The notes beneath the pieces were generated by a model, which was given only the letters and a program-made list of their open reading frames with translations, did no database searches and was not told the DNA's origin. From positions 93,024-157,023 of the forward strand of contig MFPR01000017.1 of NCBI GenBank assembly GCA_001784175.1: a DNA stretch of 64,000 bases, written 5' to 3'. Both the position numbers and the translations under genes were made by a program. The first letter of the stretch is position 1. Each line of letters starts with the position of its first letter. This document shows, in pieces, positions 54,412 through 64,000 of this stretch. Origin of the DNA: Candidatus Lindowbacteria bacterium RIFCSPLOWO2_12_FULL_62_27. GTDB taxonomy: Bacteria; Lindowbacteria; 2-12-FULL-62-27.

Positions 54412-56871
54412 ATGGATAATCAGCAGATCCGGAAGCTGTCCGCCATCATGTTCACGGACATTGTCGGCTACAGCAAAATGATGGGCGCCGACGAGCGGGG
54501 AACGCTCGAATTCCTCGGAATCCATAATCAGATGGTCAAGGAGGAAGTGGCGGACAAGCACGGCAAGATCATCAAGACCATCGGCGACGCCTTCCTGGTT
54601 GATTTCGATTCCGCCGTCAATGCCGTCCGCGCGGCCGTGGCGATCCAGAACCGGATGACCGAATACAACCGCGACAGGAAGGACACCGAGAAAAGGTATC
54701 TGCGCATCGGCATCCATCTCGGGGATGTCGTCATCTCGGAGAACGACATCTTCGGCGACGGCGTCAACATCGCCTCGCGCATACAGCCCATCGCCGAGCC
54801 GGGCGGCATCTGCATTTCGCACGATGTCTATAATCAGATCAAAAACAAAATCGACGTCAGAGTCATCAATCTGGGACCGCAGGAATTGAAGAACATCGCG
54901 GAGAAGATGGACATCTACGCGATCGTCCTGGGCGAAATGGAGGGCCGGGCCGCCGGCCCCGGAAGACGGCGGACGCCGAGACGGGTGGCGCTGTTCGCCG
55001 GCTTGGCGGTTCTCGCGGCGATGACGGCGGCGGTCCTCGTCAAAGGCGGCCTTCATCCTTTTTCGTCCGGTTCCTCTGAAGATCAGGACTGGCAGCTCTG
55101 GTATTCGGACGATTTTGACGATCAGTCCAAGTTCGAACAGAACTGGCGGGACATTCGGCTCGACCAATACATCAAAGACGGATATCTCAACAGCGCAGTC
55201 CCCCTCAATCTCAAGGCCACCCTTCCGATTCAGCCCGTCCGGATAAGAATGCGGTGCAGACCCGAATCGGATGCGCGCGATCGTGGCGTGAGCACCCAAA
55301 TTGCTTTTGATATCGAGTACGGACCCGGCCCGTGGTTCTTTTTTCGGGGGTTATTCTACTGGATCTGGATCGGAAATGACCATGTTTTCAACAAGATGGG
55401 ATACTCCGGTATCGCCCGAAAGACTGAACATGAATTCAAGGCACCGTTCAAGGCTGATGCGAAGCCATACGAGATCGATTTTACGTTTGATAACGACCTC
55501 ATGGCCATGACCACGCTGAATGGCGTGCGGCGGGAGACGCTCATTCGCGACATCACGACGCAGGACACGGAGATGACCTTTGTCGTCGTGGGTCAGGGTG
55601 TCTTGATCGATCGGTTGGAGATTTATGTCCGAAAATCATCCGAAAACATGGATCTCGTTCAGGCCGCAGACAAATACAGGCTTGATGGGAAATACTCCCT
55701 GGCCATCAACCTGTATGACGACCTGATTCGAATGTCCAAAAACGATCTCGCGCGATGCCGGTATCTGTATAAGAAGGCGCTTGCCTGCGCGTCGCTGGGC
55801 GACACGCCGGCCGAGATGGCGGCCTATCAAACGATCATCGACGACTACCCGGACAACGTCTACACCGGTTATGCGCGATTCGATCTGGGTGTGAAGTATT
55901 ATCAGCTCAAGAAGGGCCGCGAGGCCGTGGATGTCCTCAGGGAACTTGCCAACAAGCAGCCCGATCATCCCGAAGCGTCCAAGGCGCATGTTTACGTTGT
56001 GAGCGGCATGTTCCATGTGCTCGGAGATACGCCCGGGGCTGAACGCTATGCGAGGCAAGTCATCGAGCGCATGAATCCGACGGACCCGAAGTGGTCCGAG
56101 TTGGTAGACTTCCTCGTGACCCAGATCATGTTGACGGACACGAACCCTGAGACCGTCAATCGGGCCCTTGCCTTCGTGGATGAGCGGGCGGAAAAAGGCG
56201 GGTTTCAGTCAGAGTATCTCAGCTTGGAAAGTTTGCGCATGACCATTTATGTAAGAGCGAATCAGATCGGCCGCTTTTTTGATGACGCGGAAGCGATCCT
56301 TCGCAAACCGGACAAGCCGTACCTTCATTCCCGGATAGTTTATGCCGTAATGAATTACGAGCAGAAGTTCGGATTTGACGACCGGGCCTCGAAACTCGTT
56401 CGTCTCATGAAAGAGAACAAGATCGCGTCGGACGAGGCTCTTTATCTGTATGCGATCAAGGCCGTTCGGGACGGAGACACGCCATCGGCGGTCGAGTACT
56501 TCAAGCAGTACCGGCAAAAAGTGCAGATGGGAACCTGGGCCGAATCCGCCAAGGCGTTTCTGGACACATACTCCGCGCCCGCGCCGCAGGGTTCCTACGT
56601 CCGCTGGACGGTCGGCGAGTCGACGGCTGTCGTGACGTATGAGATTGGACCCAAATCCGTGATCCAATCCAAGGATCGGATGATCCTGCACCTCGGCGTG
56701 AACGGCTGGCAGCAGGTCCGCGATTATAAAATGGAACGGAAAGACAACAGATGGTCGTACGGCGTGCCGCTGGACAACAGCCTTCAAACATTGAACTTCG
56801 TCTTCTACGACGGCAAGGGCAAATGGGACAATAACAGCGGGTTGAATTGGGATGTGACGCTGAAAAGATAA
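54412..56871 (+). CDS. Membrane-anchored class III adenylate cyclase with extracytoplasmic beta domain, TPRs and a C-terminal starch-binding-like CBM
   Basis: FTDIVGYS, KTIGDA, DIFGDGVNIASR; single TM; TPRs; LHLGVNGW...LNFVFYDG.GKWDNN.G.NW. Confidence 0.88.
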   Translation: MDNQQIRKLSAIMFTDIVGYSKMMGADERGTLEFLGIHNQMVKEEVADKHGKIIKTIGDAFLVDFDSAVNAVRAAVAIQNRMTEYNRDRKDTEKRYLRIGIHLGDVVISENDIFGDGVNIASRIQPIAEPGGICISHDVYNQIKNKIDVRVINLGPQELKNIAEKMDIYAIVLGEMEGRAAGPGRRRTPRRVALFAGLAVLAAMTAAVLVKGGLHPFSSGSSEDQDWQLWYSDDFDDQSKFEQNWRDIRLDQYIKDGYLNSAVPLNLKATLPIQPVRIRMRCRPESDARDRGVSTQIAFDIEYGPGPWFFFRGLFYWIWIGNDHVFNKMGYSGIARKTEHEFKAPFKADAKPYEIDFTFDNDLMAMTTLNGVRRETLIRDITTQDTEMTFVVVGQGVLIDRLEIYVRKSSENMDLVQAADKYRLDGKYSLAINLYDDLIRMSKNDLARCRYLYKKALACASLGDTPAEMAAYQTIIDDYPDNVYTGYARFDLGVKYYQLKKGREAVDVLRELANKQPDHPEASKAHVYVVSGMFHVLGDTPGAERYARQVIERMNPTDPKWSELVDFLVTQIMLTDTNPETVNRALAFVDERAEKGGFQSEYLSLESLRMTIYVRANQIGRFFDDAEAILRKPDKPYLHSRIVYAVMNYEQKFGFDDRASKLVRLMKENKIASDEALYLYAIKAVRDGDTPSAVEYFKQYRQKVQMGTWAESAKAFLDTYSAPAPQGSYVRWTVGESTAVVTYEIGPKSVIQSKDRMILHLGVNGWQQVRDYKMERKDNRWSYGVPLDNSLQTLNFVFYDGKGKWDNNSGLNWDVTLKR

Positions 56872-56898
56872 CCCAAGGTCGGTGACGAGTGACTACTC

Positions 56899-58914
56899 TT
56901 ACTTCCCCCTCATCCCCCGCACCGCGTCCAGATTGGCCCGCGCGTCCGCGTGGTCCGGCTTGAGGCGGATCGCCTCCGAATAATGCCGGGCTGCCTCCTT
57001 CAGACGGCCATCGCGCGCGAAGACATTGCCCAGATTGTAATGCGCCGTCGCGTATTCCGAATCCAGCCGCAGCGCTTCCTGATACTGCGCGATCGCCTCG
57101 GCCGTCCGGTCCAGCCCCGCCAGCGCCATCCCCAGATTGTTGTGATGGGTCGGCGACCCCGGCTGAAGCTCGACGGCCGTGGCCAGATACCGCGCCGCCT
57201 CATCGTAGCGGCCATTTCTCATCAGCGCCGTCCCCAGCTCCGACAGCGCCGCCGGATGGCCTGAATCGGTTTCGAGCGCCCGGCGCAAGCGCGCAATCGC
57301 CTCGTCCAGACGGCCTTCGCGCTTGTAAAGTCTCGCCAGGTTTACGTTGGCCTCCAGACGCCCTGGATCGATCTCCAGCACGGCGGCATACTGCGCCTCG
57401 GCATTCCGGCCGTCACCGGCTTTCAGATACGCGTTGCCCAGCATCTCAATCAGTCCGACGTTCCCCGGATCTTTTTCGAGTTCCTTCCGGAGAAACTCGA
57501 TCGCGCGGTCGGTCCGACCCTGTCGGATCAGCGCGATGGACAGGTTCTTCGCCGCATCGGGATAATACGCCGGCGCGATCCGCCGCGCCGCGCTGTAATG
57601 CTCGACCGCCTCGTCGTGCCGGCCCCGGTTCAGCATCAGGTTGGCCAGATTGTGATGCGCGAGATGATTGTCCGCCGTCACGCAAATCGCGCGTTCATAG
57701 AGCGCGAAGCTGTCGTGCCAGAAGCCCATCTGCGACCGCGTGGCGGTCACAAGACCGGCGATCGACACGCACGCGCACACCCAGAGAGCCGGCCGGATCC
57801 TGCGGAACACCGCGCCGAGTTCTGCGAGCGCCCACACGATCATGAGGGACAGCCCGATCTGCGGCACGTACATGTACCGGTCGGCCATCGCCTGCCGGCC
57901 CACCTGCACAAGGCCGATGACGGGGATCAGCGTGATCACGTACCAGAGCCAACCCGTCACGAGGTACCGGCGCCCGCGGAAAACGAAGACCAGCGCCGAA
58001 ATGAGGATCAGCATGAAAGCGCAGCCCGTGACTTTCCAAACTGGCGGCGGCGCGGCGGCCAGCGGATAAAAAAACGCCAGATCCACAGGATACAGCATCA
58101 TCCATACGTATTTCACGTAACTCACAACCATGTTTGACAGGCGCACCGAAAGCGGAAACGTTTCAGATGTCATGATCGACCGCCCCCCGTGCTGGGCGAG
58201 GACGGTCAAGAGGGAGGAAAGGCCGGACAAAACCAGCAATGGAATTTTTTCAAGGATCACCCGTCTCAGGGATCGCCCGCGCATGCCGAGCGGCCAGTAA
58301 TCGAGCAGAAGCAGCACGAGCGGCACCGTGACCAGCATCGGTTTCGCCATCAAGCCCACGGCGAAAAGGGCGGCCACGCCCGCGTATCGCGCGGCGTTTG
58401 GCCGGTCGACATATCGGGCGTAGGCCCACAGCGTCAACAGCCAGAAGAACGTGCTCAGGACGTTCTTGCGTTCCGCCACCCATGCCACCGATTCGAGCGC
58501 CAGCGGATGAACCGCGAATACGGCCGCGACAAACGCGCTCGGCCGGACCGCGCCGGTCAGCCGTCGAAGCACGAGAAACACGAGAAGCGCGTTTGCCGCG
58601 TGAATCCACAGGCTCGTCAGATGGTGCCGGCCCGCGTCCATCCCGTACATCTCCACGTCTGCAAGATGCGACAGCCACGTCACCGGATGCCAGTTGCTCG
58701 CCTTGTACGTCGTGAAGGCCCACGCGATGGTTTCCCGCTCCAGCCCCCGCTGAACCTGCGGGTTGGTCCTCACGTAGCTGTCATCGTCGATGTCCAGAAA
58801 CTCGAATCCGCGAATCGGCCAAAAAACGCCAACCGTCAGGACCAGGAGAAGGACACAGATCATCCAAGTTCGGCGCATGTATGGAAATAAACAAAAAATC
58901 CCCCGCGTGTCCAT
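56899..58914 (-). CDS. TMTC-like membrane glycosyltransferase with TPR repeats
   Basis: DD..YV..NP, NWHPVTWLSH, VHPL..ESVAW, ADRYMY; about 8 C-terminal TPRs. Confidence 0.9.
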   Translation of the reverse strand: MDTRGIFCLFPYMRRTWMICVLLLVLTVGVFWPIRGFEFLDIDDDSYVRTNPQVQRGLERETIAWAFTTYKASNWHPVTWLSHLADVEMYGMDAGRHHLTSLWIHAANALLVFLVLRRLTGAVRPSAFVAAVFAVHPLALESVAWVAERKNVLSTFFWLLTLWAYARYVDRPNAARYAGVAALFAVGLMAKPMLVTVPLVLLLLDYWPLGMRGRSLRRVILEKIPLLVLSGLSSLLTVLAQHGGRSIMTSETFPLSVRLSNMVVSYVKYVWMMLYPVDLAFFYPLAAAPPPVWKVTGCAFMLILISALVFVFRGRRYLVTGWLWYVITLIPVIGLVQVGRQAMADRYMYVPQIGLSLMIVWALAELGAVFRRIRPALWVCACVSIAGLVTATRSQMGFWHDSFALYERAICVTADNHLAHHNLANLMLNRGRHDEAVEHYSAARRIAPAYYPDAAKNLSIALIRQGRTDRAIEFLRKELEKDPGNVGLIEMLGNAYLKAGDGRNAEAQYAAVLEIDPGRLEANVNLARLYKREGRLDEAIARLRRALETDSGHPAALSELGTALMRNGRYDEAARYLATAVELQPGSPTHHNNLGMALAGLDRTAEAIAQYQEALRLDSEYATAHYNLGNVFARDGRLKEAARHYSEAIRLKPDHADARANLDAVRGMRGK

Positions 58915-58975
58915 GTGCCCCGCATCGAGGCACAGGTTGACAAGTCTTTCGCCGCCGTCTTAGGCTCTCTTAGAT

Positions 58976-60376
58976 ATGGAAGCGAACAAACTGCTGGACT
59001 GTCTGAAACCGCTTTTGCCTCCCGGAAGTTTTCTCGCGGGGGGCGCCGTGCGTGACATGCTGCTGGGCGTCGAACCGAGGGACGTCGATGTCCTTGTCCC
59101 GGCCGATCCGATGGTCCTCGGCCGTACGATCGCGGAGCGCCTCGACGGGTTCTTCGTCCCGCTGGACGAATCGCGGCGGATCGCCCGCGTGGTCCTTCGC
59201 GGCGGCGACGACGTGGATCTTCTGCCCATCCCCTCGGGCGGCGTTCCCGAAAGCCTCGCGGAACGGGACTTCACCATGAACGCGATCGCGCAGTCGCTCG
59301 ACACAGGCGCGCTCGTGGATCCCTTCAATGGCCGGGAGGATTTGAAGAACAAAACGATCCGGCACGTCGCCGAAAAGAACCTGGAGGACGACCCGCTCCG
59401 GATCCTCCGCGCATGGCGGTTTCACGCCACCCTCGGATTTTCCATCGATCCGGCGCTTCTTGCGGCCATTCGACAAAAACACAACCGCATCTGGTCCGTC
59501 GCCCCGGAACGGATTGCCGAGGAGTGGTTTATCATCCTCGCCGCGCCCGCCGCCGGGCGAGCCGTCCGCGCCATGGCCGACGCCGGCACGCTGACCGCGC
59601 TCCTGCCGGAACTCCTGCCGATGCGTGGGTGTACCCAGAACGAGTTCCACCACCTCGACGTGTTCGATCACTCCCTCGCGGCAATCGATGTGGTCGATGA
59701 CATCGCCGGCCGGCCGGAGCGGCAGTTCCCGCCGGAGGCGGCGCCGGTGGTCGCCGAGTACCTTGCGCGGACCCTCGTGGGCCGCCGGCCGCGCGTGGCG
59801 TACCTTCGATTCGCGGCCCTCCTCCACGACATCGAAAAACCGTCGGCCCGGTCGGTCGACCCGGACGGCCGGGTGCATTTCTACGGACACGAAAAAACGG
59901 GAAGGGCGTCCGCCTCCGCGATCTGCGGGAAACTTCGACTCGCCAGGGACGAAAGCGATCTCGTCGCCCGGCTGGTCGCGCAGCACATGATCTTCGGGCC
60001 GGAACTCTTCGACGCGACGGCCGACCGCGACCGGTTTTTTTATAGAATCTTCCGCGACTTCGGAGGCGACGACGGCATCGGCCTTCTGATCCTCTCCCTC
60101 GCCGACCGCATGGCCAGCCTGGGCCCGGCGGTGACGGGCGACTTCAACGAGAGCCACCGCCGGCTGGTCGTCGACGGCGTCGTCCGATACATTCAGGAAA
60201 AGGAGCGGGTGGTGCCGCCCAAGCTGCTGTCAGGCAATGACGTCATGACCGCCCTGAACCTTCCCCCCGGCCCGGCCGTCGGCGTGATCCTCGAACGCGT
60301 CCGGGAACTCCAGGCCGAAGGCAAAATCCGCAGCCGCGACGACGCCCTCCGCGCCCTGCCCTCGCTCCGCCCGTGA
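58976..60376 (+). CDS. Class II tRNA nucleotidyltransferase with HD domain (probably CC-adding type)
   Basis: GGAVRD...DVD, RDFTMNA, DDPLRILR..RF, ERI..E, LLHDI.K, PGP.VG. Confidence 0.9.
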   Translation: MEANKLLDCLKPLLPPGSFLAGGAVRDMLLGVEPRDVDVLVPADPMVLGRTIAERLDGFFVPLDESRRIARVVLRGGDDVDLLPIPSGGVPESLAERDFTMNAIAQSLDTGALVDPFNGREDLKNKTIRHVAEKNLEDDPLRILRAWRFHATLGFSIDPALLAAIRQKHNRIWSVAPERIAEEWFIILAAPAAGRAVRAMADAGTLTALLPELLPMRGCTQNEFHHLDVFDHSLAAIDVVDDIAGRPERQFPPEAAPVVAEYLARTLVGRRPRVAYLRFAALLHDIEKPSARSVDPDGRVHFYGHEKTGRASASAICGKLRLARDESDLVARLVAQHMIFGPELFDATADRDRFFYRIFRDFGGDDGIGLLILSLADRMASLGPAVTGDFNESHRRLVVDGVVRYIQEKERVVPPKLLSGNDVMTALNLPPGPAVGVILERVRELQAEGKIRSRDDALRALPSLRP

Positions 60377-63303
60377 TGCGCACCTTCGAGCCGGCGATTG
60401 CCGGCCGCGCCCGCGGCCTGCTCGAGGCCGTTGACCGCCGGGAACGGGAACTGTCGGTCGGTGAAACGCTCGAGGACCGGATCTTGGACTGGAGCATGGC
60501 CGATCCCGACCGCAAGACCCGAATCCTGCGGTTCATCGACGTATTCCCCGCCCTCAAGACCGACGCCGAGATCGTGGACCATCTCAAACAGTACTTTCCT
60601 CATTCGGACCAGCGTCTCCCTCTCACGCTTCGGGCCGGCCTCCGCGTCACCGGGGGGCTCTTGACCGGCCGGCTGGTGGCGGGCACGGCCCGGATGGTCA
60701 TGAAAAACATGGCCTCGCGATTCATCGGCGGAGAAACAGAAGCGGAGGCGGCGGAGTCGATCCGGCGGCTCCGCGCGCAGAAACTCGAATACACCCTCGA
60801 CTTCCTCGGCGAAGCCACCTTGTCCGAACCGGAGGCCGACCTCAATCTGGAATCGATCCTTTCGATGCTCGCGTACCTGTCCCGCGATGGCGCGCGCGCG
60901 CACTTCTCCGTCAAATGCTCATCCCTCACCTCCTTTCTCGATCCCGTCGACCCGGACGAGGTGGCCCGGCGGCTCGCCCCCAGACTTCGCGCACTCTTTC
61001 GGCAGGCGGCGGAAAAAAACGCGTTCCTTCATTTTGACGCCGAACACTACGAAACCTGCGATCTCGTCCTCGACCTCGTACTGAAACTTCTCGACGAGCC
61101 CGACGGCTGCGCCCTGCCGGACGCCGGCATCGTGATCCAGTCGTATCTTCACGACGCGGCTGCTCGCGTCGATCGTGTCCTCGACTGGTGCCGCCGTCAC
61201 CGGCGATCCATGACGGTCCGGCTGGTCAAAGGGGCGTACTGGGATTCCGAAGTCATCCGCGCCCGGCGGCTGGGACATGCCGAGCCTGTCTATCTGAACA
61301 AATGGGAAACCGACGCCGCGTTCGAACGGATCCTTCTCACGCTCCTCGATGCTCACGCGGTCGTCCGCACGGCCGTCGCGAGCCACAATCTCCGAAGCAT
61401 CGCCGCCGCGCAGGCGCTCGCGGAAGAACTCAAAGCGCCGCCCGGACAGCTCGAATTCCAGTTCCTCCACGGCATGGCCCGCGCCACACGGTCGGTCCTC
61501 GTCGATCAGGGTCACACCGTCCGCGTCTACATGCCCTACGGCCGCTTGATTCCGGGTATGGCGTATCTCGTCCGCCGGCTCCTGGAGAACAGCTCAAACG
61601 TGTCCTTCCTCCGGCGCCGCCGAATCGGCGATCAGCCGGCGGAGGAACTGCTGAACCCTCCTCGTGTGAGCCCGCCCGCCGAACCGGAGAGGGTCGACCG
61701 CCCGCCGGATTCCGCCGGCGATACATTTCATAATGTCCCCTTGATCGAATTTTTCAGGAAGGGTGTTCGCGAGGCCATGCACGAAGCGCTCCAACACAGG
61801 TTGATGGCCAACCCCGAGCGGATCGGACCGATCATCGATGGTCAGCCGGTCGGCGGGAAAACGGAAATCCTCTCACTCAATCCCTCCCACCCCGATCGCG
61901 TGGTCGCCGAAACCGATCTCGCCGACGCACAGATGGCCAAAGACGCCGTCTGCGCCGCCCGTCGGGCATGGCCGAAGTGGCGGAACACAAGCGCCGCCGG
62001 CCGCGCCAGAATTCTGCGTGCGGCGGCCAGCCTGATGACGGCGAAACGCCACGAGCTTGCGGCCCTGGAAGTTTGCGAGGCGGGGAAACCCTGGGAAGAG
62101 GCACAGGCAGACGTCGCCGAGGCCATCGATTATCTGCGTTACTACGCGACCGAAGCCGAGCGTCTCGAAGCGGGCCGGCGATACCAGCCACACGTGCCCG
62201 GAGAACTCAACCTCGGAATGTTCCGCCCGCGCGGGGTCGCCGCCGTCATCAGTCCTTGGAATTTCCCGCTGGCCATCCCCGCCGGCCAGACCGCCGCGGC
62301 CCTGGCGGCCGGCAACTGCGTCGTCTTCAAACCGGCCGAGCAGACGCCGCTGGTCGCGCACCATCTCGCGCGGATTTATTTCGAAGCCGGTCTGCCCGCG
62401 GGCGTCCTCCAGTTTCTGCCGGGCATCGGCGAGTGGGTCGGCCCGGCCCTCGTCGAACATCCGGACGTCGATGTGATCGCATTCACCGGCTCGAGAGCCA
62501 TCGGCGAGGAGATTATCAAACGCGCAGCCGCCGCGGGCCCGGCGCCGTCAGGCGCAAAAAAAGTGATCGCAGAAATGGGCGGGAAAAATGCAGTGATCGT
62601 CGATTCCGGCGCCGATGTTGACCTTGCCGTCCAGGAATGCGTCCGGTCAGCCTTCGACTACGCTGGCCAGAAATGCTCCGCGGCCGGCCGGCTCATCCTG
62701 CTCAAGGATATTTATGAGGCCTTCTTGAAGCGCTTCGCCGCCGCCGTCCAAAGCCATCCGCTCGGCTACGCCGAAATACCTTCGACGCGCATCTCGCCGC
62801 TCATCGACGCCGCCGCGCTCACTCGCGTGAATGAGCGAATCGACCTCGCCGTCCGCGAAGGCCGCTGGGTCCTGCCGCCCGACCCCGGGCGTATTCCAAA
62901 AGAAGGTTACTTCGTCCCCCCCGCCATCGTCTCCCTCACGTCCGTGAGCGCGCGAACGGCCCAGGAGGAAATCTTCGGCCCTCTCCTCGCCGTCCTCGAA
63001 GCCCGCTCGATCGACGAGGCCATCGAGATCGCCAACAGCGTGCCCTACGCGCTCACCGGCGGGATTTTCTCCCGCCACCCCGGCCACATCGAACGCGTGC
63101 GCCGCCATCTCGACGTCGGCAACCTCTACATCAACCGCGCCATCACGGGCGCGGTCGTCGGCCGGCAGCCGTTCGGAGGACACCGCGCGTCGGGCGTGGG
63201 CTCCAAGGCCGGCGGCCCCGACTACCTCGCGCAGTTCTGCGTTCCGGTCACCATCTCCGAAAATCTCACGCGTCACGGGTTCTCGCCGGACGTCTCGCGC
63301 TAG
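60373..63303 (+). CDS. putA: Bifunctional proline dehydrogenase/P5C dehydrogenase
   Basis: VRLVKGAYWD, ASHN, YLVRRLLEN; ALDH motifs SPWNFP, EMGGKN, GQKCSA, EEIFGP, QPFGG. Confidence 0.95.
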   Translation: MMRTFEPAIAGRARGLLEAVDRRERELSVGETLEDRILDWSMADPDRKTRILRFIDVFPALKTDAEIVDHLKQYFPHSDQRLPLTLRAGLRVTGGLLTGRLVAGTARMVMKNMASRFIGGETEAEAAESIRRLRAQKLEYTLDFLGEATLSEPEADLNLESILSMLAYLSRDGARAHFSVKCSSLTSFLDPVDPDEVARRLAPRLRALFRQAAEKNAFLHFDAEHYETCDLVLDLVLKLLDEPDGCALPDAGIVIQSYLHDAAARVDRVLDWCRRHRRSMTVRLVKGAYWDSEVIRARRLGHAEPVYLNKWETDAAFERILLTLLDAHAVVRTAVASHNLRSIAAAQALAEELKAPPGQLEFQFLHGMARATRSVLVDQGHTVRVYMPYGRLIPGMAYLVRRLLENSSNVSFLRRRRIGDQPAEELLNPPRVSPPAEPERVDRPPDSAGDTFHNVPLIEFFRKGVREAMHEALQHRLMANPERIGPIIDGQPVGGKTEILSLNPSHPDRVVAETDLADAQMAKDAVCAARRAWPKWRNTSAAGRARILRAAASLMTAKRHELAALEVCEAGKPWEEAQADVAEAIDYLRYYATEAERLEAGRRYQPHVPGELNLGMFRPRGVAAVISPWNFPLAIPAGQTAAALAAGNCVVFKPAEQTPLVAHHLARIYFEAGLPAGVLQFLPGIGEWVGPALVEHPDVDVIAFTGSRAIGEEIIKRAAAAGPAPSGAKKVIAEMGGKNAVIVDSGADVDLAVQECVRSAFDYAGQKCSAAGRLILLKDIYEAFLKRFAAAVQSHPLGYAEIPSTRISPLIDAAALTRVNERIDLAVREGRWVLPPDPGRIPKEGYFVPPAIVSLTSVSARTAQEEIFGPLLAVLEARSIDEAIEIANSVPYALTGGIFSRHPGHIERVRRHLDVGNLYINRAITGAVVGRQPFGGHRASGVGSKAGGPDYLAQFCVPVTISENLTRHGFSPDVSR

Positions 63304-63311
63304 CCGCCGCG

Positions 63312-63618
63312 TCACCACCGCGGGCGAAAGCCCCCGCTCATCTTCGCCGCCACCGCCGTCGCCAGCATGTAGGCCACGACCGCCACCAGCACGTTAAAGA
63401 TACCCCCGGCTGGACTCGTGCACCACCAAACCGATCGAGGCCCAGTACAGCAGATCTTCCACCCCGGCCAGCAGAGTCGCGGATTTCACGCGGCCCCACA
63501 CGACCATCACCGTCTGCACTTCCGTCAGCAGACTCGATGTAAACCGGACGACAAAAATCAGCGGAACGGCAAACCAGCTCGACAGAGCGGTCGTCAACGC
63601 CGTCTCCAGGTCCATCAT
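63312..63618 (-). pseudogene. DUF5698/UPF0316-like small membrane protein frameshifted at a G5 run
   Basis: GGAGG RBS; LIFVVR...GR..SATLLAGVEDLLYW; removing one G from 63403-63407 restores a third helix (GIFNVLVAVVAYMLATAVAAKM). Confidence 0.55.
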
Positions 63619-63872
63619 GATACTCACCTCCCACACTCACACCGCTGGATATTCAAGCACGCCTCGGGTTCCCATCTCAGGGGGTGTCGTGTTCCTATGC
63701 CCGATTGTCCCGCTCCCCGGCCCCCCGAATCAAGACACCCCGCCGAAAAGATTTTATCCCCCACCGCCTCTAAGGTACCCAACTCCTTAGAGCCGTTAAG
63801 TCCCTAACCCGTTGTTCCGCCGGAAACAAATTGACGCGGCCGGGGTTTTGAGGTCAAATCATTTAACCGGCC

Positions 63873-64000
63873 ATGACCTTGGATGCGATTTCAACGTTTG
63901 AGCAAAATGTGAATGCTGTGCTTCTCGGAAAACGCGAGATTGTCCGGCGGGCCCTGATCGTTCTCATCTGCCGCGGCCATATGCTTCTGGAGGATGTCCC
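63873..64000 (+). CDS. MoxR-family AAA+ ATPase, 5' part
   Basis: MTLDAISTFEQNVNAVLLGKREIVRRALIVLICRGHMLLEDVP (GHxLLEDVPG motif); truncated by the window end. Confidence 0.85.
   Translation, partial: MTLDAISTFEQNVNAVLLGKREIVRRALIVLICRGHMLLEDV

Noticed and set aside
63640-63872. Possible riboswitch in the divergent intergenic region
   Set aside because: Only an 8-bp hairpin (CTCTAAGG/CCTTAGAG) and a TTGACG hexamer; no aptamer consensus I can recognise

Overview
High-GC bacterial chromosomal window. The backbone is housekeeping and envelope genes: terC, a histidine kinase, a B12 radical SAM enzyme, panB/panC, miaB, mutS-mutL-miaA-hflX, accB, a degP-like protease, flotillin/NfeD, a Puu-like glutamylation cluster, two class III adenylate cyclases, a tRNA nucleotidyltransferase, putA and the start of moxR. 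A 10.5-kb AT-richer accessory block (12258-22835) consists of two ~5.2-kb elements integrated in tandem at tRNA-Arg(UCU), each duplicating the 5' half of the tRNA rather than the usual 3' half. The right-hand element (17548-22800) is a minimal, apparently intact unit encoding a tyrosine integrase, RHH regulator, Rep_trans-like initiator, SSB-like protein and FtsK-like ATPase. Its att site lies inside the integrase gene. Excision would give the integrase a new 63-aa C-terminus whose stop overlaps a rep start codon (GTGA), joining a circularly permuted operon, so replication and transfer genes are predicted to be expressed mainly in the circle. The element also appears to supply the promoter for the intact tRNA. 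The left-hand element (12258-17586) is decayed: three TA modules (two toxins broken), an integrase stub, and a frameshifted GNVGIGT-repeat/peptidase-S74 fibre gene. That gene is flanked by two palindromic heptamer-repeat elements, and its modules are bounded by an identical 17-nt motif that also occurs as an orphan beside the integrase stub. All family assignments come from motif recognition by eye; no database searches were run.
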